Of a stretch of DNA of 64,000 bases, positions 10,627 through 20,747 are shown one piece after another. Each line of letters opens with the position of its first letter. Position 1 is the first letter of the stretch. The translations under genes were made by a program, and so were the position numbers. Source of the DNA: Bdellovibrionales bacterium (lineage in GTDB: Bacteria; Bdellovibrionota; Bdellovibrionia; Bdellovibrionales; JAUICD01); assembly GCA_965262715.1 (NCBI GenBank), contig OZ253553.1, forward strand, positions 2,304,001 to 2,368,000. Direction: 5' to 3'. The notes below the pieces were generated by a model. The model had not been told where the DNA came from, searched no databases, and saw only the letters and a program-made list of their open reading frames with translations.

Positions 10627-10767
10627 ATGATTGAATTTTTAAAAGTTTTTGCAAAGGATGTTTTTTGTGCGATTTTCGAAAAACGTCCTGAAGATGAAAT
10701 TCGTGAGAATATAAAAGACATTATTCACGAAGTGCTAGACGAGAGAGAAGATAGTGATTTTGATTAA
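10627..10767 (+). CDS. Small acidic ORF (46 aa, MIEFLKVFAKDVFCAIFEKRPEDEIRENIKDIIHEVLDEREDSDFD) in the array insert
   Basis: Strong RBS (gaggagggggt) before ATG 10627; translated by hand. Confidence 0.55.
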   Translation: MIEFLKVFAKDVFCAIFEKRPEDEIRENIKDIIHEVLDEREDSDFD

Positions 10768-10912
10768 ACTTATTTTTCTTTGTTTATCAATTGCGATAAT
10801 TATTGTATTTTTTCCTATCGCGATTTTAATTTCATTAGTAAATTTCTTGAGGTGGAAGGCTTTATATGATAGATTTTACAAAGAGGAATTACGCCGTCGA
10901 GGATTTTTATAG
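10754..10912 (+). CDS. Small hydrophobic chimeric ORF (52 aa) ending in the DUF507 C-terminal peptide
   Basis: GTG start overlapping the previous ORF. About 32 hydrophobic residues read in frame into WKALYDRFYKEELRRRGFL of repeat copy 4. Confidence 0.45.
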   Translation: MILIKLIFLCLSIAIIIVFFPIAILISLVNFLRWKALYDRFYKEELRRRGFL

Positions 10913-11126
10913 AGTTGAGTTAGGTTAAGAGTTTTCCTTAACATGGTGTTAGCTGATAAGAAGAGTCTTGCTACTCAAAGTAAACGGATTTTTGAGACAG
11001 CCAGCATTTTTTTGACGGTGTTAACCGTCAGGTTGGCTGTCCAAAAACAGCTAGGAGCTGGTTTATTTTGAGTGAGACAATGGATTGTTTTTTAGAAAAA
11101 CAATGGAAAAAATCTTTGGAGGCAAT

Positions 11127-11225
11127 GAATTGATGTTTTAAGCCAAACCTCGAAGTCCTCGAGCAAGCTGCTTGAGAGCAGTTTGCTCTGCGGAAGATAT
11201 CGTTTTTAGCTTAAAACATCAATTC
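11127..11225. repeat. REP-like long hairpin, family 2, copy 1
   Basis: 17-bp perfect terminal stem gaattgatgttttaagc/gcttaaaacatcaattc, conserved internal loop, inner stem gagcaagctgct/agcagtttgctc. Confidence 0.7.
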
Positions 11226-11424
11226 TTAAGTTGCTATTATAAAGATTTGAGGCGATTTGTTTGAGGAAGAGAGTAGGAGAAAGTTTTCCTTAGAGTTATG
11301 TTAAGAAACAAAGAGAGTCTCTCTACTTAAAATGAGTGGATTTTGAGGGAATGAGGATTTTAAAAAAGCGTTAGTCGTCTTCGGTTATTGATCAGAAGTG
11401 GAGACAGTAATGAAAGAGGTTTTT

Positions 11425-12897
11425 ATGAAAAGTTATGTTGTTATTGTAATGTTAAGCCTATTAGGGTTATCTCATGCAGGTGCTTCTGCTGTATTAGATT
11501 TAGAAGGTCAGTATTCTCTAGAGGGATTTTTTATAAGGAATGCTTTATTAAATAACAGTTCTTCAAAGTTTTATTTTTTACATCAATTACGTCTTAAACC
11601 TGAAATTAAAGTAACCGATGGTCTCTCTGTTCATGGAAGGTTGGATTTACTGACAAATCCTTGGACTTATAATTTTAAGTATAAAGCTGGCAGTGTGATG
11701 GGAATGAATGAAATATCTTCATCTCAATTTCAGAACAGTTTTTTTCAGCCTGGGTTAGATATCACTAATTTATATTTTAGTTGGAATAATGCATTTATAA
11801 AGCTTATGGGTGGCCGTATGCCTTTGCATTTTGGTTTAGGCCTTTTGTTTGATGAAGGAGAGGATTCTTTAGATCATTTTGCAGATTATATAGATGGTAT
11901 AGGTGTAGAGTTTAAAATAGGTAACTTAGAGATTCACCCTGTATTTGGACTATTAAGTGAAAATTTAAGTGGGGGTGTTAACGCTTATGAAATCTTGTTA
12001 CAATTACAATATGAGCTTGTAGATTCTGGACTGTTATTTAGTTTAATGTATGATACACGAATAGCTACTCAAAGTGGCAGGCAACTTTCTTATGGCCCTT
12101 TAGTTCCTGAGCCATCAAGAGATCTATACTTTCCAAGAGATAGGCCTTCTAGCCCTACCTTTCCTTTTCCTGATACAGTCAATACAGGTGTGGAAAGATG
12201 GAGCAGCCAAACTATTGGAACTTATGTTAAAAAAGACTTTTCTTTTGGAAGTATTAGTTTAGAAGCCGACTTTATTTTCAGTAGCACAGTTGGTCTTAGA
12301 GCAGACAATAATAGTGATCAGGCTTTAGAGTTTTCAGGATATGGAATAGTGGCAGAAATTGCAAGTCATCCATCTGCTTCATGGAATTGGGGATTAAAAA
12401 CAGGTTACTTGTCAGGAGATGATCCAAATACAAATCAGAGATATGAAGGATTTATTGCAAGTCGTAACTATAATGTAGGCATGTTGATGTTTAATCACGC
12501 GATAGGTTATCAAGATACAACAGGTGGTTCTTATCGTGTTTATAATCAAAATGCACAGCAATCTAGCAATGAGAATGTGACTAATTTTTATAGAGAGGAC
12601 TTGCCTGATGTTGAATACTTAACAAACGCATTATTTATTGCTCCTAGCTTAAAAAAATCTCTTTTTAAAAATGGTTACCTAACAAGCAATGTGGTATGGG
12701 CTCGGTTAGTTCAAAACTCGATATGGGCTGAAGGGACTAATCTTGGATTTGAAGTGGACTTAGGGTTTCTTTATGAAAGTAGTCGATATTTAGCTCTAGG
12801 CATTGAAGGAGGATTGCTTTTTCCAGGAGCAGGCTTTGTTGGAGAGTCAAAAAGAATGGTTTATGGTATTCAGGGGAATGTCGTTGTTTCATTTTAA
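11425..12897 (+). CDS. Outer-membrane beta-barrel protein
   Basis: Signal peptide from ATG 11425 (gaggt RBS), alternating aromatic beta-strands, GRMPLHFGLGL motif, C-terminal Phe. Confidence 0.75.
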   Translation: MKSYVVIVMLSLLGLSHAGASAVLDLEGQYSLEGFFIRNALLNNSSSKFYFLHQLRLKPEIKVTDGLSVHGRLDLLTNPWTYNFKYKAGSVMGMNEISSSQFQNSFFQPGLDITNLYFSWNNAFIKLMGGRMPLHFGLGLLFDEGEDSLDHFADYIDGIGVEFKIGNLEIHPVFGLLSENLSGGVNAYEILLQLQYELVDSGLLFSLMYDTRIATQSGRQLSYGPLVPEPSRDLYFPRDRPSSPTFPFPDTVNTGVERWSSQTIGTYVKKDFSFGSISLEADFIFSSTVGLRADNNSDQALEFSGYGIVAEIASHPSASWNWGLKTGYLSGDDPNTNQRYEGFIASRNYNVGMLMFNHAIGYQDTTGGSYRVYNQNAQQSSNENVTNFYREDLPDVEYLTNALFIAPSLKKSLFKNGYLTSNVVWARLVQNSIWAEGTNLGFEVDLGFLYESSRYLALGIEGGLLFPGAGFVGESKRMVYGIQGNVVVSF

Positions 12898-13220
12898 TTT
12901 ATATATTATATAATATTTGGTAGTGTTGACTTTTAAGAAAAATAATATAATAATAATGTAAGACCATGAAACTGAAACATAAATTCCCTTAAAACCGTAA
13001 TATGATACAATTCAATGAGTTCTAAGCACATCTTTTGTACAAAGAAAAAAGTGGTTTAAGATAATAAATATATTTGGTCAAACAAGTAAATGTTAAATAA
13101 GAATTAATCTATAGAGCAAATAGCTTATAATAAGAGACATAAAAATTATAATTAAAGTTTTTTTTCAAGATTCATTTTTCTATCTCATATTTTTAACTCA
13201 ATAAAAAGGAGTCAGTTATT

Positions 13221-14864
13221 GTGTCAGATTCTTCTAAAGTAGAGGATGTCAAAACAGAAAGTTCTAAAACAAGCACAGGTAGTGGTAGATCAGATTCTGC
13301 ACATAAAAAAACAGAGTCAGGATCTTCTTATCGAGATAGAGGAGGAGATCGAGATCGAGATCGAGACCGAGATTATCGAGGAGATCGAGATTATCGATCT
13401 CATAGAAGCGGTGGACCTCGTAGACAGAGTGGTCCTAAAAGGCAGTCTAATAGTAATCGTAATAATCACCGCAGCAGCAGGCCATCATCTTACAGGAGAT
13501 TTGAACCTCACAGCAGTACAAATGCAGGAGATGAGTCTGGAGTTCATGCTCCACCTGAATTGACAGAAGAGCAAATAGAGAAAATCAAAAATTCTTTAAC
13601 AGAAGATGAGAAAAAATCGCTTAATTCCAAAGATTTGAAATCTAAAAAAATTGAGGCATTAACTGATTTGGCGGTAAAGCTACAGATAGAGCATGCAGCT
13701 GGCCTGCGTCGTCAAGACCTAGTTTTTGAAGTGCTAAAACGTGCCGCTCGATTTGGGGATATTTTTGGTAACGGTGTTCTTGAGATTTTACCAGATAGCT
13801 ATGGTTTTTTACGTTCACCTGATTATAACTATTTACCTGGGCCAGATGATATTTATGTGAGTCCTTCACAGATCAGACGTTTTGGATTGAGAACGGGTGA
13901 TACTATTGCCGGTACTGTACGGCCTCCTAAGGACAATGAACATTACTTTGCATTGTTAAAGGTAGATACTCTTAACAAAGAGCCTTTAGAGCAATTTAAA
14001 GATAAAATTCTTTTTGATAATTTAACTCCTCTTTATCCTGATGAGAGATTGAGATTAGAACACAATCCTTCAAATTACACCACTCGTATTGTTGATATGA
14101 TGGCTCCATTAGGAAAGGGTCAAAGGGCTCTTATTGTAGCTCCTCCAAGGACAGGTAAAACTGTTTTATTGCAAGATGTCGCTAATGCCATTTCTATCAA
14201 TCAGCCAGAGGCTTTTTTGATTGTGTTATTGATTGATGAAAGGCCAGAGGAAGTTACAGATATGTCTCGCAATGTTAAAGGAGAGGTGATCAGCTCTACA
14301 TTTGATGAACCACCGACAAGACATATTCAAGTTGCAGAAATGGTACTTGAAAAAGCTAAAAGGTTAGTGGAGCACAAGCATGATGTTGTGATTCTTTTAG
14401 ATTCTATCACTCGTCTTGCAAGGGCTTATAATACAGTAGTTCCACCGTCTGGTAAGATTTTATCTGGGGGTGTAGATTCAAATGCTCTTCATAAACCAAA
14501 GAGGTTTTTTGGAGCAGCTAGAAACATTGAAGAAGGCGGTAGCTTGACCATTGTAGCAACAGCTTTGATTGACACAGGCTCACGCATGGATGAGTTGATC
14601 TTTGAAGAGTTTAAGGGTACAGGTAATGCTGAGATAAACTTAGACAGAAAGCTTATGGAAAAGCGTATCTTTCCTTGTATGGACATCAATAAATCTGGCA
14701 CAAGAAAAGAGGATTTACTTTTAGATAATAATTTACTGCAAAAACTTTGGATTTTAAGAAAAGTTTTAGCTCCTATGAATGTTGTGGATAGCATAGAATT
14801 TCTTTTAAAGAAGTTGCAGAGCACAAAAACCAATGAAGAGTTTATTGCCAGCATGAACTCTTAA
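13221..14864 (+). CDS. rho: Transcription termination factor Rho with low-complexity N-terminal extension
   Basis: [60 protein letters not shown]. Confidence 0.99.
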   Translation: MSDSSKVEDVKTESSKTSTGSGRSDSAHKKTESGSSYRDRGGDRDRDRDRDYRGDRDYRSHRSGGPRRQSGPKRQSNSNRNNHRSSRPSSYRRFEPHSSTNAGDESGVHAPPELTEEQIEKIKNSLTEDEKKSLNSKDLKSKKIEALTDLAVKLQIEHAAGLRRQDLVFEVLKRAARFGDIFGNGVLEILPDSYGFLRSPDYNYLPGPDDIYVSPSQIRRFGLRTGDTIAGTVRPPKDNEHYFALLKVDTLNKEPLEQFKDKILFDNLTPLYPDERLRLEHNPSNYTTRIVDMMAPLGKGQRALIVAPPRTGKTVLLQDVANAISINQPEAFLIVLLIDERPEEVTDMSRNVKGEVISSTFDEPPTRHIQVAEMVLEKAKRLVEHKHDVVILLDSITRLARAYNTVVPPSGKILSGGVDSNALHKPKRFFGAARNIEEGGSLTIVATALIDTGSRMDELIFEEFKGTGNAEINLDRKLMEKRIFPCMDINKSGTRKEDLLLDNNLLQKLWILRKVLAPMNVVDSIEFLLKKLQSTKTNEEFIASMNS

Positions 14865-14943
14865 TCTTTTATTGATCAAACAGTTTTTAATATACTAAAA
14901 ACATATTAAAAAGAGCCTAAAAATTTTTATAACACATAACACA

Positions 14944-15033
14944 AACATTTTAGGCCAAAGCCTCAAAGTCCTCGATTAAGCTGCTTGGTAGCAGCTTAAT
15001 CTGCGGAAGATCTCGTCTTTGGCCTAAAATATT
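14944..15033. repeat. REP-like long hairpin, family 2, copy 2 (downstream of rho)
   Basis: Stem attttaggccaaag/ctttggcctaaaat, same internal-loop sequences as 11127-11225, inner stem gattaagctgct/agcagcttaatc. Confidence 0.7.
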
Positions 15034-15189
15034 AGTTTTTGACCTAAATAGATTGAATGGTATATTGAGGAAAAATTTCATAAAAATAAATACTTTTTAA
15101 AGTTTGGAAAATGGCATGACCGAAATAACTGAAAAAATATTTGGTTCATAACTAGTTGAGTTGACTTTTAGAGGAGTTAACTTATTGTT

Positions 15190-15906
15190 ATGACTATGAA
15201 AAACAAGTATTTTGTCCGTTCCCACATTTCTGAGAAGAGATTTAGAGAAATTATACGTTATTTTTCAATAGATTTAACAGCTACTCAGATATCATCTTTA
15301 ACAGGTCTTAATATAAATACTGCTAATAGTATCTTGATGAAACTTCGTAAGAGAATAGCTGAATTTTGTGAAAAAGAAAGTGTATTTTCAAAAGGAGAAG
15401 TTGAGATTGATGAAAGCTACTTTGGAGCTAAGAGATTACGTGGAAAGAGAGGAAGAGGAGCAAGAGGAAAGGCTATTGTTTTTGGATTAAAAAAAAGAAA
15501 TGGTAAGTCTATACTCAGGTGATCAGCAACTGCTCTCAGAGCATCCTCCTGCTCATTATAAGTGACAGGATAGGTAAAGGCATCTACTGTGTACACAGAT
15601 GGCTTTAAATCCTATGATAGCCTTGTAAGTATGGGCTATAAGAAGCACTACCGTGTTCATCATGGTAAGAATGAATTTGCTAAGAAAGAGAAGATAGAAA
15701 GCAAAGGTAAGAAACTTCAAGTGAGAAATCATATTAACGGCATAGAAAACTTCTGGGGCATTTCTAAGGTAAGGCTTTCTAAGTTTAGAGGCATGAATAA
15801 AAAAACATTTTATTTACACCTTAAAGAATGTGAATTTAGATTTAATTATAAGAGTAAGGTGTACCCAATGTTGTTAAGTATGTTGAGAGAGGATCCTTTA
15901 AGATAA
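15190..15906 (+). pseudogene. IS1595-family transposase, disrupted
   Basis: VEIDESYFG, RGRGA.GK, VYTDG and HINGIENFW motifs are split over two ORFs. The linker KVYTQVISNCS reads in another frame (1-nt loss near 15507, 1-nt gain near 15577, intervening TGA). Confidence 0.9.
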
Positions 15907-15907
15907 G

Positions 15908-15969
15908 GCCTAAGAGAGTGCCACTTAAAGGAGACCTTTAAAAGTCTCTAGGTGGCACTCTCTTAGGCA
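15908..15969. terminator. Long hairpin immediately after the transposase stop
   Basis: gcctaagagagtgccac ... gtggcactctcttaggc, 17-bp perfect stem. Confidence 0.5.
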
Positions 15970-16169
15970 AAAATAGGCTTGTAAGTTGTAGTGACATCTG
16001 CTAAAAGATGAACTTAAGTGAAATGAGTTTTTATAATTTTTCGATGCTGAACACAATGTTTATATAAGATTTTCTTATAATAAACCAGGTCTAAAAAGGG
16101 ATAATTACAAGGTGTTTTAATGCAATTTGACTTAACTATTTTGATAACGAAAAGACCTCTCAACTAGTT

Positions 16170-16697
16170 ATGAACCTAAAATATTCTCTCTATGATGTGT
16201 TTAGAGATAAATTAGAAAGAGAGATTTTTTCTGGTCGTAGAGATTCTCGGTTTCAAGTTGTAAGAAAAATGAGACTTGCTATTATCGCAGCTTTTCCAGA
16301 GACCTTTTTAGATTTTGTTAAAGGAGAAGCTGTAGACGCTGGTGATGATAATAAAAGAATTTTGGGATTAGAAACTAATGAACAACGCCGTAGGGTTATC
16401 AATAAAATCATTGAAGAACTAGATAATGTAGCACGTGAGATAGATCAAGAGCAAGAGGTTCGAAAACATGAAAGAATTAGAAGAATCATGGAACTTGTAG
16501 AAGGTGGTAGTAATATAGATGAAATAAGTGCAAGTGTAAGTGCACAAGATATGGAAACCTTAAGGACAATTGATGGTAGATTACCTAAGAATAGTGAAGG
16601 AGGAGATCATCTTAGGAATAGTATACTTAAAGGTCGATTATCCCAAATCATCAAAGAACTTAATATAGATGGTTTAACTCCATTCCGTTATCTTTGA
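16170..16697 (+). CDS. Hypothetical protein or gene fragment whose ATG lies inside the IS right TIR
   Basis: 175-codon open frame; ATG at 16170 is within the TIR. Confidence 0.4.
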   Translation: MNLKYSLYDVFRDKLEREIFSGRRDSRFQVVRKMRLAIIAAFPETFLDFVKGEAVDAGDDNKRILGLETNEQRRRVINKIIEELDNVAREIDQEQEVRKHERIRRIMELVEGGSNIDEISASVSAQDMETLRTIDGRLPKNSEGGDHLRNSILKGRLSQIIKELNIDGLTPFRYL

Positions 16698-16818
16698 TTA
16701 GCTGGTTGTAACTGATGAAAGTAAAGCTGTGTCTAGTTGACCCTTTTTAATATTTCCAATCACTATAAATTAAATTCAAAAACTTATTTTAGAAGCTTAA
16801 TATATTAATTTGAACTAG

Positions 16819-16874
16819 TTCACTCAAAATAAACCAACCTCTCGAGGCAAGCCTCTGGTTGCTTTCTGGCAATG
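16819..16874 (-). repeat. 3' fragment of the dispersed multi-stem element
   Basis: Reverse complement reads cattgccagaaagcaaccagaggcttgcctcgagaggttggtttattttgagtgaa, matching the 3' half of 34974-35142. Confidence 0.65.
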
Positions 16875-17264
16875 AAATAGATGCGAAAATTCAAGTTACA
16901 GATGCCGGATATTTTGATTCCGTGTACAGTATGCCAGGTCCCGGAAAAAAGGATGCTTAAGTAGTTATGAACCTAAATTTATGTAATTTTTATATCTTAT
17001 TGTAAAAATTACATGATGAGGATTGTTTTTGTTTTAAATAAAAATCTTTTTGGAAAGAAAAGATATTAATTTTTATTTTTAAATCATAACTCTTGTATAA
17101 GTAAAGGTTTTTAAAAGTAAATAAAATTAATGATTTATTAGCTTATTCATAAATGGATATTACTTAAACTTCATTTATTGTTTGTATTAATTGAAATCTT
17201 TGATTCAAGTTATTGAGGAATTTTATTTGGCTTAAGTATTGCATAATATTAAAGAAAGGCTCTC

Positions 17265-18815
17265 ATGAAAAAAATAAAATTTTTATTTTTTGTAATTATT
17301 TTACAGTGTTCTTCTTTATATGCAGATGCAAATCTACAAGCTTATGTAGAATCCGTATCTTATGAGAAAGGAGAGCTTCTTTGTTATAGTGTTGCTTACC
17401 CTCTTTATCTTCAGATACAGTCTGGGAGAATATTCTCTGGTCCTCCTATAAGTTCACGTCAGCACTTATTTTGGAGAGATGTTAAGTATAGAAGAGCTAT
17501 GCTGGAATGGATGTTTTTAGCAAAAGATGCATTTGAAATGTCTTTGGGCTCTAGAGCAGATGAATCGCTTGCAACGTTATATGCGCAATACCCTATGTAT
17601 CTTGTAGCTTCAGAAGGATTTCAACACGCTATCGAAGATTGCTCAAAAAAATACTATCCGAAAGGTGCAGTATATAATGAAATGGAGCCTAAAGAATATG
17701 AAGATTTTTTACAAAATCAAATAAGAGAAATGGTTTTATTTTCCAATAAATATATTGATATGACTGCAAGAGTTGTAGCTGTGGAAGTTTCTGCTATTGT
17801 TGGGTTATTTAGAGTTATAAGAGGTTTGTGGAGAGGCATAAAATGGCTTTATAGAATAACAGGAAATGGTTATAGGCACTTAAGAGGAATCACATCTACT
17901 CAAACTGCTATCCTGCAAACGCAGAAACAGCAGTTTGAATCTATGACAAGAAGCTTTTTTCATTTTACAAGAGGTGAAATTGCTTTAGGATTAGTGCCTC
18001 TTTTAGGTATGAGTCGTCAAGTTAGTGTAAATGTAAGCGCGCATTATGAAAGTGTACAAGAGGAAGTCTTTGAACAAGAGATCAGGGATCGTCCTAGTAC
18101 AAGGCTTTCACCTCTACCTGAAAGATTGTTCCATCATCGTATCGATGAAAGTTTATACACAAGGTTGGAAGTATGGTGGAATACAAAAATTGAAGACTAT
18201 CGTGTTTTGTTGATTCAAAAAGGATTGGATGTTCAAAGATTAGAAGTTCAAACAACTTCAGAAACTCATCTTCAAAGTGCAGAATTTTATATTGCTCTCA
18301 ATGAATATAGGGTATGGGTGGATATGTATTTAGTAGATTATTGGTTAGTAAAAGGAGTAGTGGAGTGGTTTCGTAAAGAGATTGCAGAAAATCAGGTTAT
18401 CTTATTTCATCATAGAAGGTCTTATGAAATTCTAAGAATGACTCTTCAAGTTCTAGAACTAAGAAAAGGACAATTAGAAAAACGTATGGAAGAGTTAGAA
18501 AATGGCCATGCTGTTAATGTGAATTATGATTTAGAACACTTAAAAACCATTTTTACTATTATAGATCAATCTAGAGATTCTCGCTACTCACCTTACAATA
18601 TACTTAATTACTTGCCTTATGGGTATTGTCTCAGTATGGAGGATTATAGGAGGTTTGTTTTTACAGATATGTCTGACAGAGAAATTTCAGAAATGCAAGA
18701 ATGGCAACTTTGTCGGCTTCATAAACTGCAAACAACCAGGCGTCTTGGTAAGGAGTTAAATGATTTTGAGGAGAGGGAATTTAGACAAATACTTCAAATG
18801 GTGAGAGAACTTTAA
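17265..18815 (+). CDS. Hypothetical secreted protein
   Basis: 516-aa ORF with MKK-type signal peptide, no recognised motif. Confidence 0.65.
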   Translation: MKKIKFLFFVIILQCSSLYADANLQAYVESVSYEKGELLCYSVAYPLYLQIQSGRIFSGPPISSRQHLFWRDVKYRRAMLEWMFLAKDAFEMSLGSRADESLATLYAQYPMYLVASEGFQHAIEDCSKKYYPKGAVYNEMEPKEYEDFLQNQIREMVLFSNKYIDMTARVVAVEVSAIVGLFRVIRGLWRGIKWLYRITGNGYRHLRGITSTQTAILQTQKQQFESMTRSFFHFTRGEIALGLVPLLGMSRQVSVNVSAHYESVQEEVFEQEIRDRPSTRLSPLPERLFHHRIDESLYTRLEVWWNTKIEDYRVLLIQKGLDVQRLEVQTTSETHLQSAEFYIALNEYRVWVDMYLVDYWLVKGVVEWFRKEIAENQVILFHHRRSYEILRMTLQVLELRKGQLEKRMEELENGHAVNVNYDLEHLKTIFTIIDQSRDSRYSPYNILNYLPYGYCLSMEDYRRFVFTDMSDREISEMQEWQLCRLHKLQTTRRLGKELNDFEEREFRQILQMVREL

Positions 18816-18986
18816 TTTGTCAATGAAGTCTAAAATAAGCTAGGCTTTTCTTATAAATTCATATAGAGCTTGATATTTGTTACTTGATAGAATAAATATA
18901 TCTTTTATTTGATAAAATTTGCTAAGGTATATTGTTCTTTGTAAAAAATCGCAATAATATTTAATGCATCAAAGAGATTTTATCTT

Positions 18987-19925
18987 ATGTTATTTGAAGG
19001 TACAGAAAAGAAGTTAGAATTTTTTATTTCAAAGGATGTTAAGTCTCTTAGAGACTTTGATCCATCTGTATGGGAAAATGTGGTCAAAATATCAAAAGCT
19101 CAAATTATATCATCTTTGCATAATGATTATTGTACAGCTCATTTATTGTCTGAATCTTCTTTATTTATTTATGATAACTTTTTAACAATGATCACCTGTG
19201 GAAATACATCCTTAGTTGATGCTGCATTTGAAATTTTAAAGTTTGTTCCTAAAGATAAAATCCTTTCTTTTTTCTATGAACGTAAAAATCCCATATTTCC
19301 TAACAAACAGTCTACAAGTTTTTATGATGATATAAAGAAACTAAAAAAACATTTTAATGGAGCAGCTTATAGATTTGGAGATTTAACAGAACATCATATT
19401 TGTCTTTTTCATAAAAATGTTGAAGGTGTATTAAATCTTCAGGATATGACTTTTGAAATTCTTATGCATGAAATAGATGACAGCGTTAAAAATCTTTTTT
19501 GTTCAGGGAAAGATGTAAGACCTTCTTTAAAATTACTTGGTGTTTATGATCTCTTTGCTGCAGATTTTCAAATTGACGATTATTTTTTTCAACCTTATGG
19601 ATATTCTTTAAATGCAATAAGGAAAGATGAGTATTATACCTTTCATGTTACTCCAGGAGATTTAGGGTCTTATGTGAGTTTTGAAACAAATCATAGATTC
19701 ACAAATGACTATCAAGAAACTATTGAAAAAATTTTGAATATATTTAAACCTAAATTATTTGATGTCTTTCAGTTTCAAATTACAGATAATCCAAGTGTGA
19801 ACAGCTTGTATTTGCCTAAGAGAAGAGTGCGTAAAAAGTTGAACTTTGGTTATGACGTTCAATTTTATAACTTCTATAAAAAGCAAAATGGATTTCTAGA
19901 GCCATTTCCAATTTCACTAGACTGA
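18987..19925 (+). CDS. speD: S-adenosylmethionine decarboxylase proenzyme, eukaryote-like (class 2) type
   Basis: FEGTEKKLE, LLSESSLFIY (pyruvoyl self-cleavage E-S), TCG.T, F.PYGYSLN, HVTP, SYVSFETN. Confidence 0.88.
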   Translation: MLFEGTEKKLEFFISKDVKSLRDFDPSVWENVVKISKAQIISSLHNDYCTAHLLSESSLFIYDNFLTMITCGNTSLVDAAFEILKFVPKDKILSFFYERKNPIFPNKQSTSFYDDIKKLKKHFNGAAYRFGDLTEHHICLFHKNVEGVLNLQDMTFEILMHEIDDSVKNLFCSGKDVRPSLKLLGVYDLFAADFQIDDYFFQPYGYSLNAIRKDEYYTFHVTPGDLGSYVSFETNHRFTNDYQETIEKILNIFKPKLFDVFQFQITDNPSVNSLYLPKRRVRKKLNFGYDVQFYNFYKKQNGFLEPFPISLD

Positions 19926-20572
19926 TCTTTTTACGGGGAGCATGCTTGAGCTTGCTAAAGAATAATCTTTTTGAGGAATGTTTTCTTGTATACATCGATC
20001 GATATTAATATTTAATTTAATCTTTGCTTCTTCTATAACATCTATTGCTGTTTGAGTGCTAGAGAGAAAATTAGCAGAGGAATTATTGATTATGAAATCG
20101 TTAAAACCTTGCTCAAGTTCCTCAAGTTGTTGATGAATACGATTTAAACTGTCAGCGATCCTATCTTGTGTTTTTTGTGCACATTTAAAATCAGAACCAA
20201 ACATATTTAAAGTGATAAACATATCCATAACATAGATTTTAGTATTTGTTATAAAGCATGAGAGATATCTCTAATTTCTGCAATATTATCAATGTATGTA
20301 GAGTCTTCTGTTTCTTCTTTCGTGTACAAATCAGGAGAGCCATAAGAGTCAGAGTAGGGGCTAGAAGAATCAGGAGGGTCAATGGAGTTAGTAGAATCAA
20401 TAGGTGGCTCGTAAGAAAAATCAGAGTCAATGGAACTAGTAGAGTCAGAAGGTTCATAAGAATTGTCAGGGTTGTAATACTCATAAAAATATTCTGGTTC
20501 TTCAACACATCCTGTGATTATTAATAATGTAGTTATTATCAAGCTTTTATAAGTGTTTTTAATTAATTTCAT
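19917..20572 (-). pseudogene. Frameshifted lipoprotein (ORFs 20249-20572 and 19917-20228 appear to be one gene)
   Basis: Lipobox ITGC and acidic repeats. The second frame is open back to about 20255. The 656-nt span is not a multiple of 3. Confidence 0.55.
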
Positions 20573-20747
20573 ATTTTTGTTCCTTTTTTAGGTGAACACT
20601 TAAGATATTGTCAAATTTGGCGTTAAATATTTTAGAATAAATTAGATTCTTAACTTATGTTATGTGAAACTTAAAAGCTGCATTTTAAGCTAAGTCTATT
20701 CTTTTAAAATATATAAGAACCTTACTTTCTACCTATGCTTTTTTAAT

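Larger units (their letters stand above)
9901..11079 (+). repeat. Tandem array of a 232-bp unit (3 head-to-tail copies, 255-bp unique insert, 4th copy)
   Basis: Unit starts at 9901, 10133, 10365 and about 10852. Copies look identical except one A>G in copy 4 (about 10931). Unit = last ~62 nt of the DUF507 gene plus a structured element. Confidence 0.95.
15142..16177 (+). mobile_element. IS1595-family insertion sequence
   Basis: 18-bp TIR ggttcataactagttgag / ctcaactagttatgaacc. 8-bp TSD AAAATATT at 15134-15141 and 16178-16185. Contains a transposase remnant. Confidence 0.9.

Noticed and set aside
9901..11079. 232-bp array as a CRISPR array or integron
   Set aside because: The units are too long, mostly have no spacer, lack an attC-type RYYYAAC/GTTRRRY layout, and no integrase is nearby.
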